DNA of 64,000 nt, taken from contig CAWIYV010000007.1 in NCBI GenBank assembly GCA_963840455.1, forward strand, positions 96,001 through 160,000, read 5' to 3'. The notes beneath the pieces were generated by a model. The model did not search any database and was not told the DNA's origin. It was given only the letters and a program-made list of their open reading frames with translations. Position numbers and translations under genes: made by a program. Positions 48,944 through 60,295 of the stretch are shown here, piece after piece (positions within the stretch are counted from its first letter, which is position 1; every line of letters starts with the position of its first letter). Origin of the DNA: Nitrospirota bacterium (GTDB lineage: Bacteria > Nitrospirota > UBA9217).

Positions 48944-50695
48944 TCAAGAGACAAATATCCTTACCTTTATCCCTTTCCCATAGGTACTTTCGATCCGCAT
49001 ATCCCATCCATGGGCTTTGACCAAGTGCTTCACGATAGCGAGGCCCAGCCCTGTGCCGCCCATGGTGCGCGAACGGGCCGGGTCAACGCGGTAGAAGCGC
49101 TCTCCAAGCCGGGCCAGATGCTTCTCCGGCACGCCGATCCCCGTGTCCTGCACGAACAGGCTGGTCCTGCCGCCCATTTCCTCGATCCCGAACGCCACCG
49201 ATCCCTTTTCCGTGAACTTGATCGCGTTGTCCACGAGGTTGGTCATGATCTGGATCAGCCGGTCCCGGTCTGCCTGGAGCATGCCTGCGTCCGGGGGGAC
49301 GGACACGTTCAGCGCGAGGCCTTTCTTCTCCGCCTTGTTCCGGAGCAGGGCCGTGACCGCTTCCGCCACGTCCCCGAAGGCAACATCTGTCTTCTCGACT
49401 GCGATCGCGCCCAGCTCGATCTTCGAGATGGTCATGAGGTCGTCGACAAGGCTGTTGATGCGCTCGCTGTTGGCCTTGATGGTCGCGACGAACTCCCTGC
49501 CGTGCTCCCGGTCCTCCAGCGCGCCTTCGAGCAGGGTCTCGGCGAATCCCTGAATGGCAGTAATGGGCGTCTTGAGCTCGTGTGACACGTTGGCCACGAA
49601 ATCCTTCCGCATCTGTTCGAGCTTCTTGAGCTGCGTGATGTCATGGAGCGCGATGACAACGCCCCGGTAGCGGTCCTCGCGCATGGACTCCTGCAGGATG
49701 GGAAGGGCAGTGGCGTAGACATGGAGCTGCCGGGGAAGGGCGATGTCGATCTCTGCCGATGCCGGGCGATGCTGCTCGTGCGCCTCGCGCACGATGTCGG
49801 CCAGCTGGTGATTGCGCACCACCTCGAGGAACGGCTTGCCGCTGATGTCCCCGCCCGTGCCGAACATTTCGTGGAAGGCCCGGTTCGCCAGATCGACCTT
49901 GCCGGCCTGGTTGAGCAGCAGGACCCCGTCGGATATGCCGAGGAGGGCGGTCTCGAACCTCGCCTTCTCGTCGTGAAGCGATTTGACCTCGCTCTGGAGC
50001 GACAGGGACATGTTGTTCAGGCTGCCCGCGATCTCCTCGTACTCACCGGACTCCGGCAGGAACAGGCGTCGTCCCAGGCCGCCCTGTGCGATCGAGGTGG
50101 CGAAATCGCGGACCTGCAGGGTGAGCCGGCGCAGTCGCTCGATCTGCCAGAAAACGACGAGGCCCATGACCGCAAGAACGGCGACGACCACAACGATGAT
50201 GCTCATGCGCATCCGCCGGATCGAGGCGTTGACGTCGCTTAAGCTGACGCTCAACCGAATGAAGCCCTGCGGCCGATCGTCCCGGACGATCTTCTTTGCC
50301 ACGTACAGGAGGTCGGTCTTCAGGGTGTTGCTCGTGCGGATGTCCATGCCGCTCCCCGTGAGGTCGGCCTGCTCGATCTCGAGGCGGCCGCGGTGGTTCT
50401 CCATGGTCGAGGAAGCATGGTCGGAATCACCGAGTACCCTGCCGTCCGCCGCAATGATCGTGACGCGCGCATGCGCGACCGACTTCAACTCGGAGGCGAG
50501 GTCGTCGAGCGGGGAGGATGAAGTGAACTGTACTTCGCGCGCGATCAGTTCAGCATGAACCTCCAGCGAGTCACGGAGCGAATGGATCGCGTTCTCGTGA
50601 ACAGACCGCGTAACCGACAGCTCAATGACGAGCACGGAGACAGCCAGGATGGCGGCGAAGAGCAGGAACATCTTTTTAAAAAGACCAGGTTTCAT
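48944..50695 (-). CDS. phoR: PhoR-type sensor histidine kinase
   Basis: TM-HAMP-PAS, RKDFVANVSHELKTP, FYRVDPARSRTMGGTGLGL. Confidence 0.88.
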   Translation of the reverse strand: MKPGLFKKMFLLFAAILAVSVLVIELSVTRSVHENAIHSLRDSLEVHAELIAREVQFTSSSPLDDLASELKSVAHARVTIIAADGRVLGDSDHASSTMENHRGRLEIEQADLTGSGMDIRTSNTLKTDLLYVAKKIVRDDRPQGFIRLSVSLSDVNASIRRMRMSIIVVVVAVLAVMGLVVFWQIERLRRLTLQVRDFATSIAQGGLGRRLFLPESGEYEEIAGSLNNMSLSLQSEVKSLHDEKARFETALLGISDGVLLLNQAGKVDLANRAFHEMFGTGGDISGKPFLEVVRNHQLADIVREAHEQHRPASAEIDIALPRQLHVYATALPILQESMREDRYRGVVIALHDITQLKKLEQMRKDFVANVSHELKTPITAIQGFAETLLEGALEDREHGREFVATIKANSERINSLVDDLMTISKIELGAIAVEKTDVAFGDVAEAVTALLRNKAEKKGLALNVSVPPDAGMLQADRDRLIQIMTNLVDNAIKFTEKGSVAFGIEEMGGRTSLFVQDTGIGVPEKHLARLGERFYRVDPARSRTMGGTGLGLAIVKHLVKAHGWDMRIESTYGKGIKVRIFVS

Positions 50696-50762
50696 GACGA
50701 TCACGGATCATTATACCATAAACCGCGGCACAATCCTCTCCTAGCTGTGGTAAACTAAAACC

Positions 50763-51965
50763 ATGATCGTCATCGAGCCATACAGGGGGAAGCCCGTCAC
50801 AGAGCAGCGTGTGGAGATCGTTGAACGAAAGGGCACGGGCCACCCGGACTACCTCTGCGATTCCATGATGGAGGCGGTCTCCATCGCATTGTCCCGGGAA
50901 TATATGAAGAAGTTCGGGGCAATCCTGCACCACAACATCGACAAGGGACTCCTGGCCGCGGGCCGGGTCGAGAAGCTGTTCGGCGGCGGGAGCGTGCTCG
51001 CTCCCATGGAGCTGAACATCGGCGACCGGGCAACCTTCGAGGCCGGAGGAACGAAGGTGCCAGTCGTTGACATCGCGGTCGCCGCGGTGAAGGGATGGCT
51101 CAAAAAGAACATGCGGTTCGTGGACCCGGACAAACATCTGCGATACCGTGTGCTGCTGTCACAGGGATCGGAGGAATTGACCGATATCTTCGCCCGCTCA
51201 GGGAAGATATTGGGCGCGAATGACACCTCGGCAGCGGTCGGGTATTACCCCTTAAGTCCCACCGAGGAGGCGGTGCTGTCGCTCGAGCGCCACTTGAACT
51301 CGAAGGCGTTCAAGAACAAGTATCCCGAGACCGGCGAGGACATCAAGGTGATGGGGCTCAGGACCGGCAGGGACCTGGACCTGACCGTGGCCATGCCGCT
51401 TGTCTCCCGCTTCGTCTGGAACGAAAAAAGCTACTTCGAGCGCAAAGAAGTGCTTCAGAAAGAGATGAAGAGCTACGTACGCAGGTTCGAGGAATTCAGT
51501 AAGGTCCTGGTCCACTTCAACACGCTCGATGAACCGGGCCGGGGCCTGAACGGCGTGTACCTGAGCCTGCTCGGCACGTCGGCCGAGGACGCGGACTCGG
51601 GGCAGGTTGGCCGGGGCAACCGCGTGAACGGCCTCATCTCGCTCAACCGGCCCATGGGGACCGAGGCGGCGGCAGGCAAGAACCCGGTGAGCCACGTCGG
51701 CAAGATCTACAACGTACTGACGCACCGCATCGCGAAGAAACTGTATGAGAACATCAAAGGCTGTCGGGAGGTGTATGTCCTGATGCTCAGCCGGATCGGC
51801 ACGCCAATCAACGAGCCGCAGGTCGCGACCGCCCAGGTCCTGCTGGAGAAGGGGAGACGGGTCAGCGATATTGCCAAAAGGGCCGAGGAGATCATCGGCC
51901 GGGAGCTCGGGTCCATAAATAAATTTTGCATGGAATTGAGCAGGGGGAAGTATCCGATCTGCTGA
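50763..51965 (+). CDS. archaeal-type S-adenosylmethionine synthetase
   Basis: VERKGTGHPD, HHNIDK, ANDTS, GEDIKVMG, GRGNRVNGLI, GKNPVSHVGKIYN. Confidence 0.9.
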   Translation: MIVIEPYRGKPVTEQRVEIVERKGTGHPDYLCDSMMEAVSIALSREYMKKFGAILHHNIDKGLLAAGRVEKLFGGGSVLAPMELNIGDRATFEAGGTKVPVVDIAVAAVKGWLKKNMRFVDPDKHLRYRVLLSQGSEELTDIFARSGKILGANDTSAAVGYYPLSPTEEAVLSLERHLNSKAFKNKYPETGEDIKVMGLRTGRDLDLTVAMPLVSRFVWNEKSYFERKEVLQKEMKSYVRRFEEFSKVLVHFNTLDEPGRGLNGVYLSLLGTSAEDADSGQVGRGNRVNGLISLNRPMGTEAAAGKNPVSHVGKIYNVLTHRIAKKLYENIKGCREVYVLMLSRIGTPINEPQVATAQVLLEKGRRVSDIAKRAEEIIGRELGSINKFCMELSRGKYPIC

Positions 51966-51982
51966 AGTGAAGGGAGGGAAAT

Positions 51983-52396
51983 ATGAGATTCGTATTGAAT
52001 GTCGCTCTGATGCTGTTGTTCCTTTCGGGACCTGCGCTGGCAGATGAGCAGGCCGCTGCAAAACGGTTTGTCGCGACCATCGACAAGGACGGGTATCAAC
52101 GCGTGGAGATGACGGCAGGAGAGTATTATTTCGATCCTTCGGTCGTGGTGGTGAAGGTAAACGTGCCGGTGGAGCTCACGATCAGGAAGACCGGCGGCAT
52201 TACGCCCCATACCATTGCCATGAAGGCACCTGAGGCGGGCCTCGATTTTACGATCGATATCTCGAAAGACCCGAAAAAGATCTCGTTCATGGCGACGAAG
52301 ACCGGCACCTATCCCTTCGAATGCACCGAGCGGTTCCTGTTCTTCAAGAGCCATAAGGACCGGGGCATGCACGGTGCGCTCGAGGTGGTGGAGTAA
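51983..52396 (+). CDS. exported cupredoxin-domain protein
   Basis: Signal peptide, PH motif, C-terminal C...H....M copper ligands. Confidence 0.8.
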   Translation: MRFVLNVALMLLFLSGPALADEQAAAKRFVATIDKDGYQRVEMTAGEYYFDPSVVVVKVNVPVELTIRKTGGITPHTIAMKAPEAGLDFTIDISKDPKKISFMATKTGTYPFECTERFLFFKSHKDRGMHGALEVVE

Positions 52397-52459
52397 GGAC
52401 AGGAGTCAGGAGTCAGAACAACACCTTCTGCCGCAGCTGTTATTTCAAACCAAGATACA

Positions 52460-52891
52460 ATGATCGACAAAGAGTTCATCGCCTATTTCAAGCTTGCCCA
52501 CGGATTCTTCAATCTCTCCATGCTGGCTTTGTTCTGCTTCCAGGCCTGGATGGGCTTCCTGATACGGCAGGCGAGGACAACGGGGGCGCCGACGCCGCTC
52601 GACGCCGTCCGGAGGCACCGGAAAGCAGGGCCGGTCTTCGCGCTGTGGGGGGTGTTGGGATTTATCTCCGGGATGACGGTGGCGGTGCTCGACAAGGGCA
52701 GGGTGATCGAGTATCCGCTTCATTTCCTGACGGGCCTGTCCATCGCGCTGTGCATCGGCGGGGTCTACGCCGTCTCGCGCAGGATCCGGGCTGGCGAGCA
52801 GGCCTTCCGGAACATTCACTTCGGCCTGGGCCTGCTCCTGCTGGCCTTGTATGTCATCCAGGTCATGCTGGGCCTCAGCATCCTGCTATGA
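52460..52891 (+). CDS. 4-TM His-containing membrane protein (DUF4079 / cytochrome b561-like)
   Basis: One His per TM region. Confidence 0.65.
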   Translation: MIDKEFIAYFKLAHGFFNLSMLALFCFQAWMGFLIRQARTTGAPTPLDAVRRHRKAGPVFALWGVLGFISGMTVAVLDKGRVIEYPLHFLTGLSIALCIGGVYAVSRRIRAGEQAFRNIHFGLGLLLLALYVIQVMLGLSILL

Positions 52892-53037
52892 TCAGGGACC
52901 ACGTTAGGAATAGACGATACACATTATTGACCGCAGAAAGATTATGATACGTATGAGGAATGATGGATGGCCTTGAGCCGCTTCATATTTTCATCATACG
53001 TTAGCAGCGAAAGTCTGTGTTGAATTGGTCCCTCGCA

Positions 53038-53150
53038 TTGAAGCTCCCTGCAGCTCGCTTCAGGGAATCTTCGATCCTCAAGGTGGTATTATTTATTCTG
53101 ATCGCTCGCTAACTCCGCAGCAAGCTACGGGGGATGTGCTCGCTCCTGGA
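53038..53150 (-). mobile_element. miniature IS200/IS605-like element (113 bp)
   Basis: Both hairpins present. On the minus strand it follows TGAA and ends GCTTCAA. Confidence 0.85.
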
Positions 53151-53157
53151 TTCATCC

Positions 53158-55416
53158 TCAGGCTCCTTTCTTGTCCAGCACCTCGCGGACCTTCAGCAGC
53201 AACTCGGTGGGGGACACGGGTTTGGAGATGAAGCTTATGCCTTTCTCCAGGATCCCCTCATTGCTGATCATGTCGGCGCTGTAACCGCTCATGAACAAGG
53301 CCTTGATCCCCGGCCTGGCGCCCCGGATCTCATCATAGGCAGCCTTCCCGTTCTTCCGGGGCATGATGACATCGAGCAGCAGCAGGTCGACCCTGTCCCG
53401 GTTCTCTCCGAAGACCCGCACCGCGTCGTCACCGTCCTTTGCCTCGATCACCTGGTATCCGAACTCCATCAGCACCGACCGCGTAAGGCTGCGGATCATT
53501 TCGTCATCCTCGGCCACGAGGACGGTCTCTGTTCCGCCGGACAGCGCCACGTCGGCACGGCGGGAGGGACCTTCTGCGTTCTTCGGGGTGAGCGGGAAGT
53601 AGAGGTGGAAGGACGTGCCCGCGCCCGGTGCGCTTTCCACGTCGATGAATCCCCGGTGCTGCTTGATGATCCCGTAGACCGTGGCAAGGCCGAGCCCGGT
53701 CCCTTTCCCCATCTCCTTGGTCGTAAAGAAGGGTTCGAAGATTCGTTCCCGAGTCCGTTCGTCCATACCGTCGCCGGTGTCGGCGACCGTGATCCTGACG
53801 TAGGGGCCAGGCTGTCCGTATTGCTGCGCGGCGACGAACTCGGCGTCCAGGTCCGCGACCGCGCTGGTGATGGTCAGCCTCCCGCCGCGCGGCATGGCGT
53901 CCCGGGCGTTCGTCACCAGGTTCATCAGCATTTGCTCGACCTGGATGCTGTCCGCCAGGACCGTCGTGTTCCCGTGTGTCAGTTCCGTCCTGAGCTCGAT
54001 GTCCTCGCGGATAAGCCGTTTCAGCAACTTTTCCACGCGCATGATGATGCCGTTCAGCTCCAGGGGGAGAGGATTAACGACCTGCTTCCTGCTGAAGGTC
54101 AGGAGGCTCTGGGTCAGTTGGGCGGCGCGCTGCGAGGTGGTGAGGATGCTCTCTGCGTAGGTGCGGAGTGGATCGGTCGGCGCCAACTTCATCTGCAGGA
54201 GGTTGCCGTACCCGATGATCGCGGTCAGGACATTGTTGAAGTCATGGGCCACGCCGCCCGCCAGGAGGCCGACGGCCTCCATCTTCTGGGAATGCCGGAG
54301 CTGGTCTTCAAGCTTCAGGCTGTCCGTGACATCATTGGCCAGGACGATCTCGGCCCGCCTGCCGCCGAAGTCCACGGTGTGAGAAGTGATCTCGACGTAG
54401 ATGAGCGAACCGTCCTTCTTCCGGTGACGCCAGACGCCGGCCTTGTCCATGCCTGTTGTGACGCGGGAAACGTTCTCCATGAGCGGAGAGACGTCCTCGG
54501 CGGGACGGATGTCCTTGATGGTCATGGACAGGAACTCGTCGCGGGTGTAGCCGTAATGATTCATGGCGGCGTCATTCACCGTCAGGAACCGGTAGGTCTC
54601 GATATCGTAGACCCACATGGGGTGGGGATTGCTCTCGAACAGGATCCGGTACTTTTCCTCGCTTTCCACGATGTGCCGCTGGTGGCGCTGGATGTTCCGG
54701 GAGAACAGCATGATGCCGCCCGTCCCGATGAGCCAGAGGAGCGTGTGGCTCATCAGGAGCGTCTTCTGCTCCTTCGCCTCGGCCTCGAAGTGGGGCCGCA
54801 GCGGGACCGAAATGCTGATGCCGCCCCGGATGTCTCCGACCTTGTAGCCCTGGTGGCCATGGCACTTGAGGCATGCCTCCTCGGTCATGAATGGCCGCAT
54901 GATCCTCATGTAAGGCTCGTCGCTGAGGGTTGTCTCGCTGCTCAATTCCTTTACCCCCCGCTCGAACTCCTGGAGGGCTGTTTTTTCCCAGGCATCGGGC
55001 CGGTTGACCGGATTGACGTAATTGAGGCTCGTGAGGTGGCTGATGATGGGCAATGCGGAACGCTTGCTGATCAGTTCGAAGACCTGGCGCGTCATCCAGG
55101 CGGGGTTCACAAGCGTAAGCTTCCTGCCCGTTGTCGTCGTTATGTCGCGCTCGGCGACCGTCAGATAGGGATTGGGCTGCAGGGTATCGGTGATGGGCAC
55201 GTACACGCCGCCGTGAAGAGTGCCCCAGCGCCGGAACTCGATCGTCAGGTCGTAGAACGACCGGGCGATGAGACGGGCCTTTTCGATGTTGTTAACATGG
55301 GTGACCTGCCAGTTCCAGGACAGGGAGACGAACATGAGCACGGACCAGCCTAGGATGAGCAGCAGGATGTACTTCTTCGTGCGCAGGGTCCATCGTTTTT
55401 TTGGGTTTTCGGCCAT
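53158..55416 (-). CDS. hybrid sensor kinase with periplasmic haem-c (DUF3365-like) domain, PAS, HisKA, REC
   Basis: [31 protein letters not shown]-terminal REC. Confidence 0.9.
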   Translation of the reverse strand: MAENPKKRWTLRTKKYILLLILGWSVLMFVSLSWNWQVTHVNNIEKARLIARSFYDLTIEFRRWGTLHGGVYVPITDTLQPNPYLTVAERDITTTTGRKLTLVNPAWMTRQVFELISKRSALPIISHLTSLNYVNPVNRPDAWEKTALQEFERGVKELSSETTLSDEPYMRIMRPFMTEEACLKCHGHQGYKVGDIRGGISISVPLRPHFEAEAKEQKTLLMSHTLLWLIGTGGIMLFSRNIQRHQRHIVESEEKYRILFESNPHPMWVYDIETYRFLTVNDAAMNHYGYTRDEFLSMTIKDIRPAEDVSPLMENVSRVTTGMDKAGVWRHRKKDGSLIYVEITSHTVDFGGRRAEIVLANDVTDSLKLEDQLRHSQKMEAVGLLAGGVAHDFNNVLTAIIGYGNLLQMKLAPTDPLRTYAESILTTSQRAAQLTQSLLTFSRKQVVNPLPLELNGIIMRVEKLLKRLIREDIELRTELTHGNTTVLADSIQVEQMLMNLVTNARDAMPRGGRLTITSAVADLDAEFVAAQQYGQPGPYVRITVADTGDGMDERTRERIFEPFFTTKEMGKGTGLGLATVYGIIKQHRGFIDVESAPGAGTSFHLYFPLTPKNAEGPSRRADVALSGGTETVLVAEDDEMIRSLTRSVLMEFGYQVIEAKDGDDAVRVFGENRDRVDLLLLDVIMPRKNGKAAYDEIRGARPGIKALFMSGYSADMISNEGILEKGISFISKPVSPTELLLKVREVLDKKGA

Positions 55417-55585
55417 AGGTGGCTCAATAGTAACATATTGTCCGGTCAAATGCCATGGTCATAGCGGCCTGCCGCATCCTCGGGCAGCCGCCATGGTGTT
55501 CGAAAACCGTGCATATGCCACTTTTCCTGCCCTGCCGCGCCGACAGGAAAGTAGCCAAGAGGTTGATACTCCTGCACAAGACCTT

Positions 55586-55601
55586 TGGCAGGGAAATTGC
55601 T
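55586..55601 (+). promoter_or_regulatory. sigma54 promoter
   Basis: TGGCAGGGAAATTGCT (-24 GG / -12 GC). Confidence 0.75.
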
Positions 55602-55641
55602 TTTAACTCATACAGGGCAGATGGTGAAGAATGAGCATAGC

Positions 55642-56424
55642 ATGGACATGATCACAGGGCATAATCAGGAGGCCACAGAAGCTGGATTGCCGTCGGTCCT
55701 CGCCGGCAAGGGGAGAACCGTCTTCCTACCGGTAGCAGCAGGGGTGAATGTCGATTGTGCATGCTGTGGGACACACGCCCCGTGTCCCCACGCGCTTCCC
55801 ACTGTGCTGGAAGGCAGGGCGCTCGAACCCGATGAAGCCCTCGACCGGGTCATCCCCATGATGGAGCATCGGGGCCGTGTTGACGAACTGTGCATTGCCG
55901 GTCCCGGTGAAGCGCTGGTCAGCCCGGCAACGAGGGTCGTTCTCCGCGTGCTTACATGGCGGTATTTCGGCATCGTCCGTGCAGTCTGGACCAATGGTCT
56001 CCTGCTCGCCGAACAGCTTGATGAACTGGCCAGGCTCGGACTGAACAGTGTCATCATTACCATCAATTCCTATGATCGGCTGACCGCTGAGCGCCTGTAC
56101 GCGCGGGTCACCTACCGGGGAAGAAGTTACGTTGGCAGGGCGGCAGGGGACCTTCTTCTCGAAAAGCAGTGGCTCGGCGTGTCCCTTGCGAAGGACCACG
56201 GTCTTCACGTCATGGTGCACTCGGTCCTTGTTCCCCGGGTGAACGAGACGGACCTCGGTCAGATCGCAAACAGGGCGAGCAGGCTCGGCGCCGACGGCAT
56301 GGTCCTGACCTCTCTGGGCGGACCTCAGCTGGAAGACCCGGACAACAGGCATGTCAGCACGCTGCTCCTAGCAAAGCGCCGGGAACTGAGCGCCTATATT
56401 CCGCAGGTGGAATTCATTTCGTAG
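55642..56424 (+). CDS. degenerate NifB-like radical SAM protein
   Basis: LPVA..VNVDCACC, IAGPGEAL, TNGLLL, ITIN, SVLVPRVN. The first Cys of CxxxCxxC is replaced by Val. Start uncertain. Confidence 0.75.
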   Translation: MDMITGHNQEATEAGLPSVLAGKGRTVFLPVAAGVNVDCACCGTHAPCPHALPTVLEGRALEPDEALDRVIPMMEHRGRVDELCIAGPGEALVSPATRVVLRVLTWRYFGIVRAVWTNGLLLAEQLDELARLGLNSVIITINSYDRLTAERLYARVTYRGRSYVGRAAGDLLLEKQWLGVSLAKDHGLHVMVHSVLVPRVNETDLGQIANRASRLGADGMVLTSLGGPQLEDPDNRHVSTLLLAKRRELSAYIPQVEFIS

Positions 56425-56685
56425 AACAGCTTCATCGAGCATACTGCATGCCCGGAGTTCCCCGTTCCACATCCCGGACATGCATTGTGTTTTCCTCCCT
56501 CTCCCCGATCCAACGACTTCCTGCAATCAATGCTGTGCCCCATCGCTATCCGGGTGCTCAGGAAAGCATCAGGTGCTGAAATCATTTGCGTTGTGCGCGC
56601 CGGTTCATGACGACGTTGCAGCGGTTCAGGCGTGAATGACACAGAAAAGGCCTGATAGTCTTGCATTATCGCATTCACCGGATTT

Positions 56686-56701
56686 TGGCACGGCTGATGC
56701 A
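56686..56701 (+). promoter_or_regulatory. sigma54 promoter
   Basis: TGGCACGGCTGATGCA. Confidence 0.8.
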
Positions 56702-56833
56702 ATAGGTCTGAACAAGGAGGTTGTTCCAGCGACAACTTGATGTAGAAAGGCTCCGGAGGTCTTTCATCATTTGCAGCACCGCCTGCATCGCAGGCAGAAT
56801 AAACCCGCAAGGGATATCGAGGAGGAGAAGACA

Positions 56834-57955
56834 ATGAAGAAGATCGTATCAGTTGTATGTCTGGCGCTGCTCGGCGCCACAGCCGCCTTTGCGGAAGACG
56901 CGAAGCCGGCAGGATTGAAGCCCGATGACGTGAAGAACGCGTTGGGCGTGAGCTTTTATCTGCAGGGCAGCTATATCTACAACGGGAATGCAAGCCAAAT
57001 GACAACCGGCTCGGGCGAGAACGACCTGCGCTGGCTGGACCACAGGGCCAACAGCTTCACGCTGGACCTCGCTCAGATCGTCATACTGAAGGACCCGACG
57101 GCCCCCGGGACCGCCGGCTTCAAGATGAAGATCTCGGCCGGCGAGTGGGCGAAGTTGATCCACGCAACGGGCTTAGGCGACGCTGCGCCGGGTACGAATC
57201 CTGATTCCTTCGACCTTACCGAGGCATACCTGAGCTATATTGCCGGCGTCGGCAAGGGGCTCCGGTTCGACTTCGGTAAGATGGGCACCTTTGTCGGAGC
57301 GGAAGTGCTGGAGGCGAAGGACAACCCGAACTATTCACGCTCGTTCCTGTTCAACTACGCCGAACCGCTCACCCACACGGGTTTGAAGATGGGTTACTCT
57401 TTCACCGATGCCGTAAACGCCGCATTCTTCGTGGTGAATGGCTGGGACAACGCGACGGACAACAATAAAGCAAAGACCTACGGCCTGAGCATCGGCCTGA
57501 CCCCCGCCGAGGTGTTCTCGGCGAGCATTAACCTGCTGCAGGGCGCCGAACAGACGGATAACAGCAGCAACATGCGGACGCTGATCGACCTGGTGGCAAC
57601 GGTCAAGCCGACCAAGAAGCTGGCGATCATTCTGAACTATGATGACGGCAAGGAGGAAAAGGCGGTCGCCGGGGCCGATGCCAAGTGGTCGGGTCTCTCG
57701 TGCATTGTGAAGTACGACATCACCGACAAGTACAGTTTCGCGCTCCGGGGCGAGACGTTCGACGACAAGGACGGCTTCCGTACCGGCACTGTGCAGAAGC
57801 TGAAGGAAGTGACTGCTACGTTCGACGCCAAGCTGGACGGCGGCCTGATCCTGCGGCCTGAGTACCGGCATGACTCATCTGACAAGCAGTCCTTTGACAA
57901 CGGCACCAAGAAGACCCAGGACACCATCGCGCTGGGTTTGATGTACAGCTGGTAA
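56834..57955 (+). CDS. outer-membrane beta-barrel porin (BBP2/OmpL-like)
   Basis: Signal peptide, NPNYSRSFLFNYAEPLTHTG, VNGWDN, EYRHD, terminal YSW. Confidence 0.85.
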   Translation: MKKIVSVVCLALLGATAAFAEDAKPAGLKPDDVKNALGVSFYLQGSYIYNGNASQMTTGSGENDLRWLDHRANSFTLDLAQIVILKDPTAPGTAGFKMKISAGEWAKLIHATGLGDAAPGTNPDSFDLTEAYLSYIAGVGKGLRFDFGKMGTFVGAEVLEAKDNPNYSRSFLFNYAEPLTHTGLKMGYSFTDAVNAAFFVVNGWDNATDNNKAKTYGLSIGLTPAEVFSASINLLQGAEQTDNSSNMRTLIDLVATVKPTKKLAIILNYDDGKEEKAVAGADAKWSGLSCIVKYDITDKYSFALRGETFDDKDGFRTGTVQKLKEVTATFDAKLDGGLILRPEYRHDSSDKQSFDNGTKKTQDTIALGLMYSW

Positions 57956-57992
57956 GGAATAACGATCGTACAGCTAGAAAAGGAGAAATGCC

Positions 57993-59962
<1,970 letters not shown>

Positions 59963-60006
59963 TGCATCAATTTCCCCCATACCTCCCTGATGTGGCGGGA
60001 ACCGTG

Positions 60007-60039
60007 GGCCGGCAGGAGAGATCCTGCCGGCCTTTTTTT
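60007..60039 (+). terminator. intrinsic terminator
   Basis: GGCCGGCAGGA/TCCTGCCGGCC plus T7. Confidence 0.9.
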
Positions 60040-60182
60040 GCATTACCCTTTCCCCATCTTCGGGAATACTGACCGATGTCCAACTGTATATGGCTAATTA
60101 TTCACCACTTGCCCACGAAATAGTCTTTTCGTTTTCCCATGCCTGGCTTGATCAACATCACCTTGCTCAGCGAATCATTAAT

Positions 60183-60237
60183 AATCAATCTGTTATGCTT
60201 TGAAAGACGATGTCTATTAATTGGCATATGCCTTGCT
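60183..60237 (+). promoter_or_regulatory. IHF site and sigma54 promoter
   Basis: AATCAATCTGTTA (WATCAANNNNTTR) and TGGCATATGCCTTGCT at 60222-60237. Confidence 0.85.
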
Positions 60238-60295
60238 ATTAGCCAAGTAGAAAACTGAACGAAGCTCGTCATATTAGTTTAAGGAGGATACTGTT

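Noticed and set aside
53134-55353. 739-aa antisense ORF and other long shadow ORFs (e.g. 9484-10986, 30369-31574, 58305-59603)
   Set aside because: They are opposite-strand mirrors of well-supported genes in GC-rich DNA and have no recognisable motifs.
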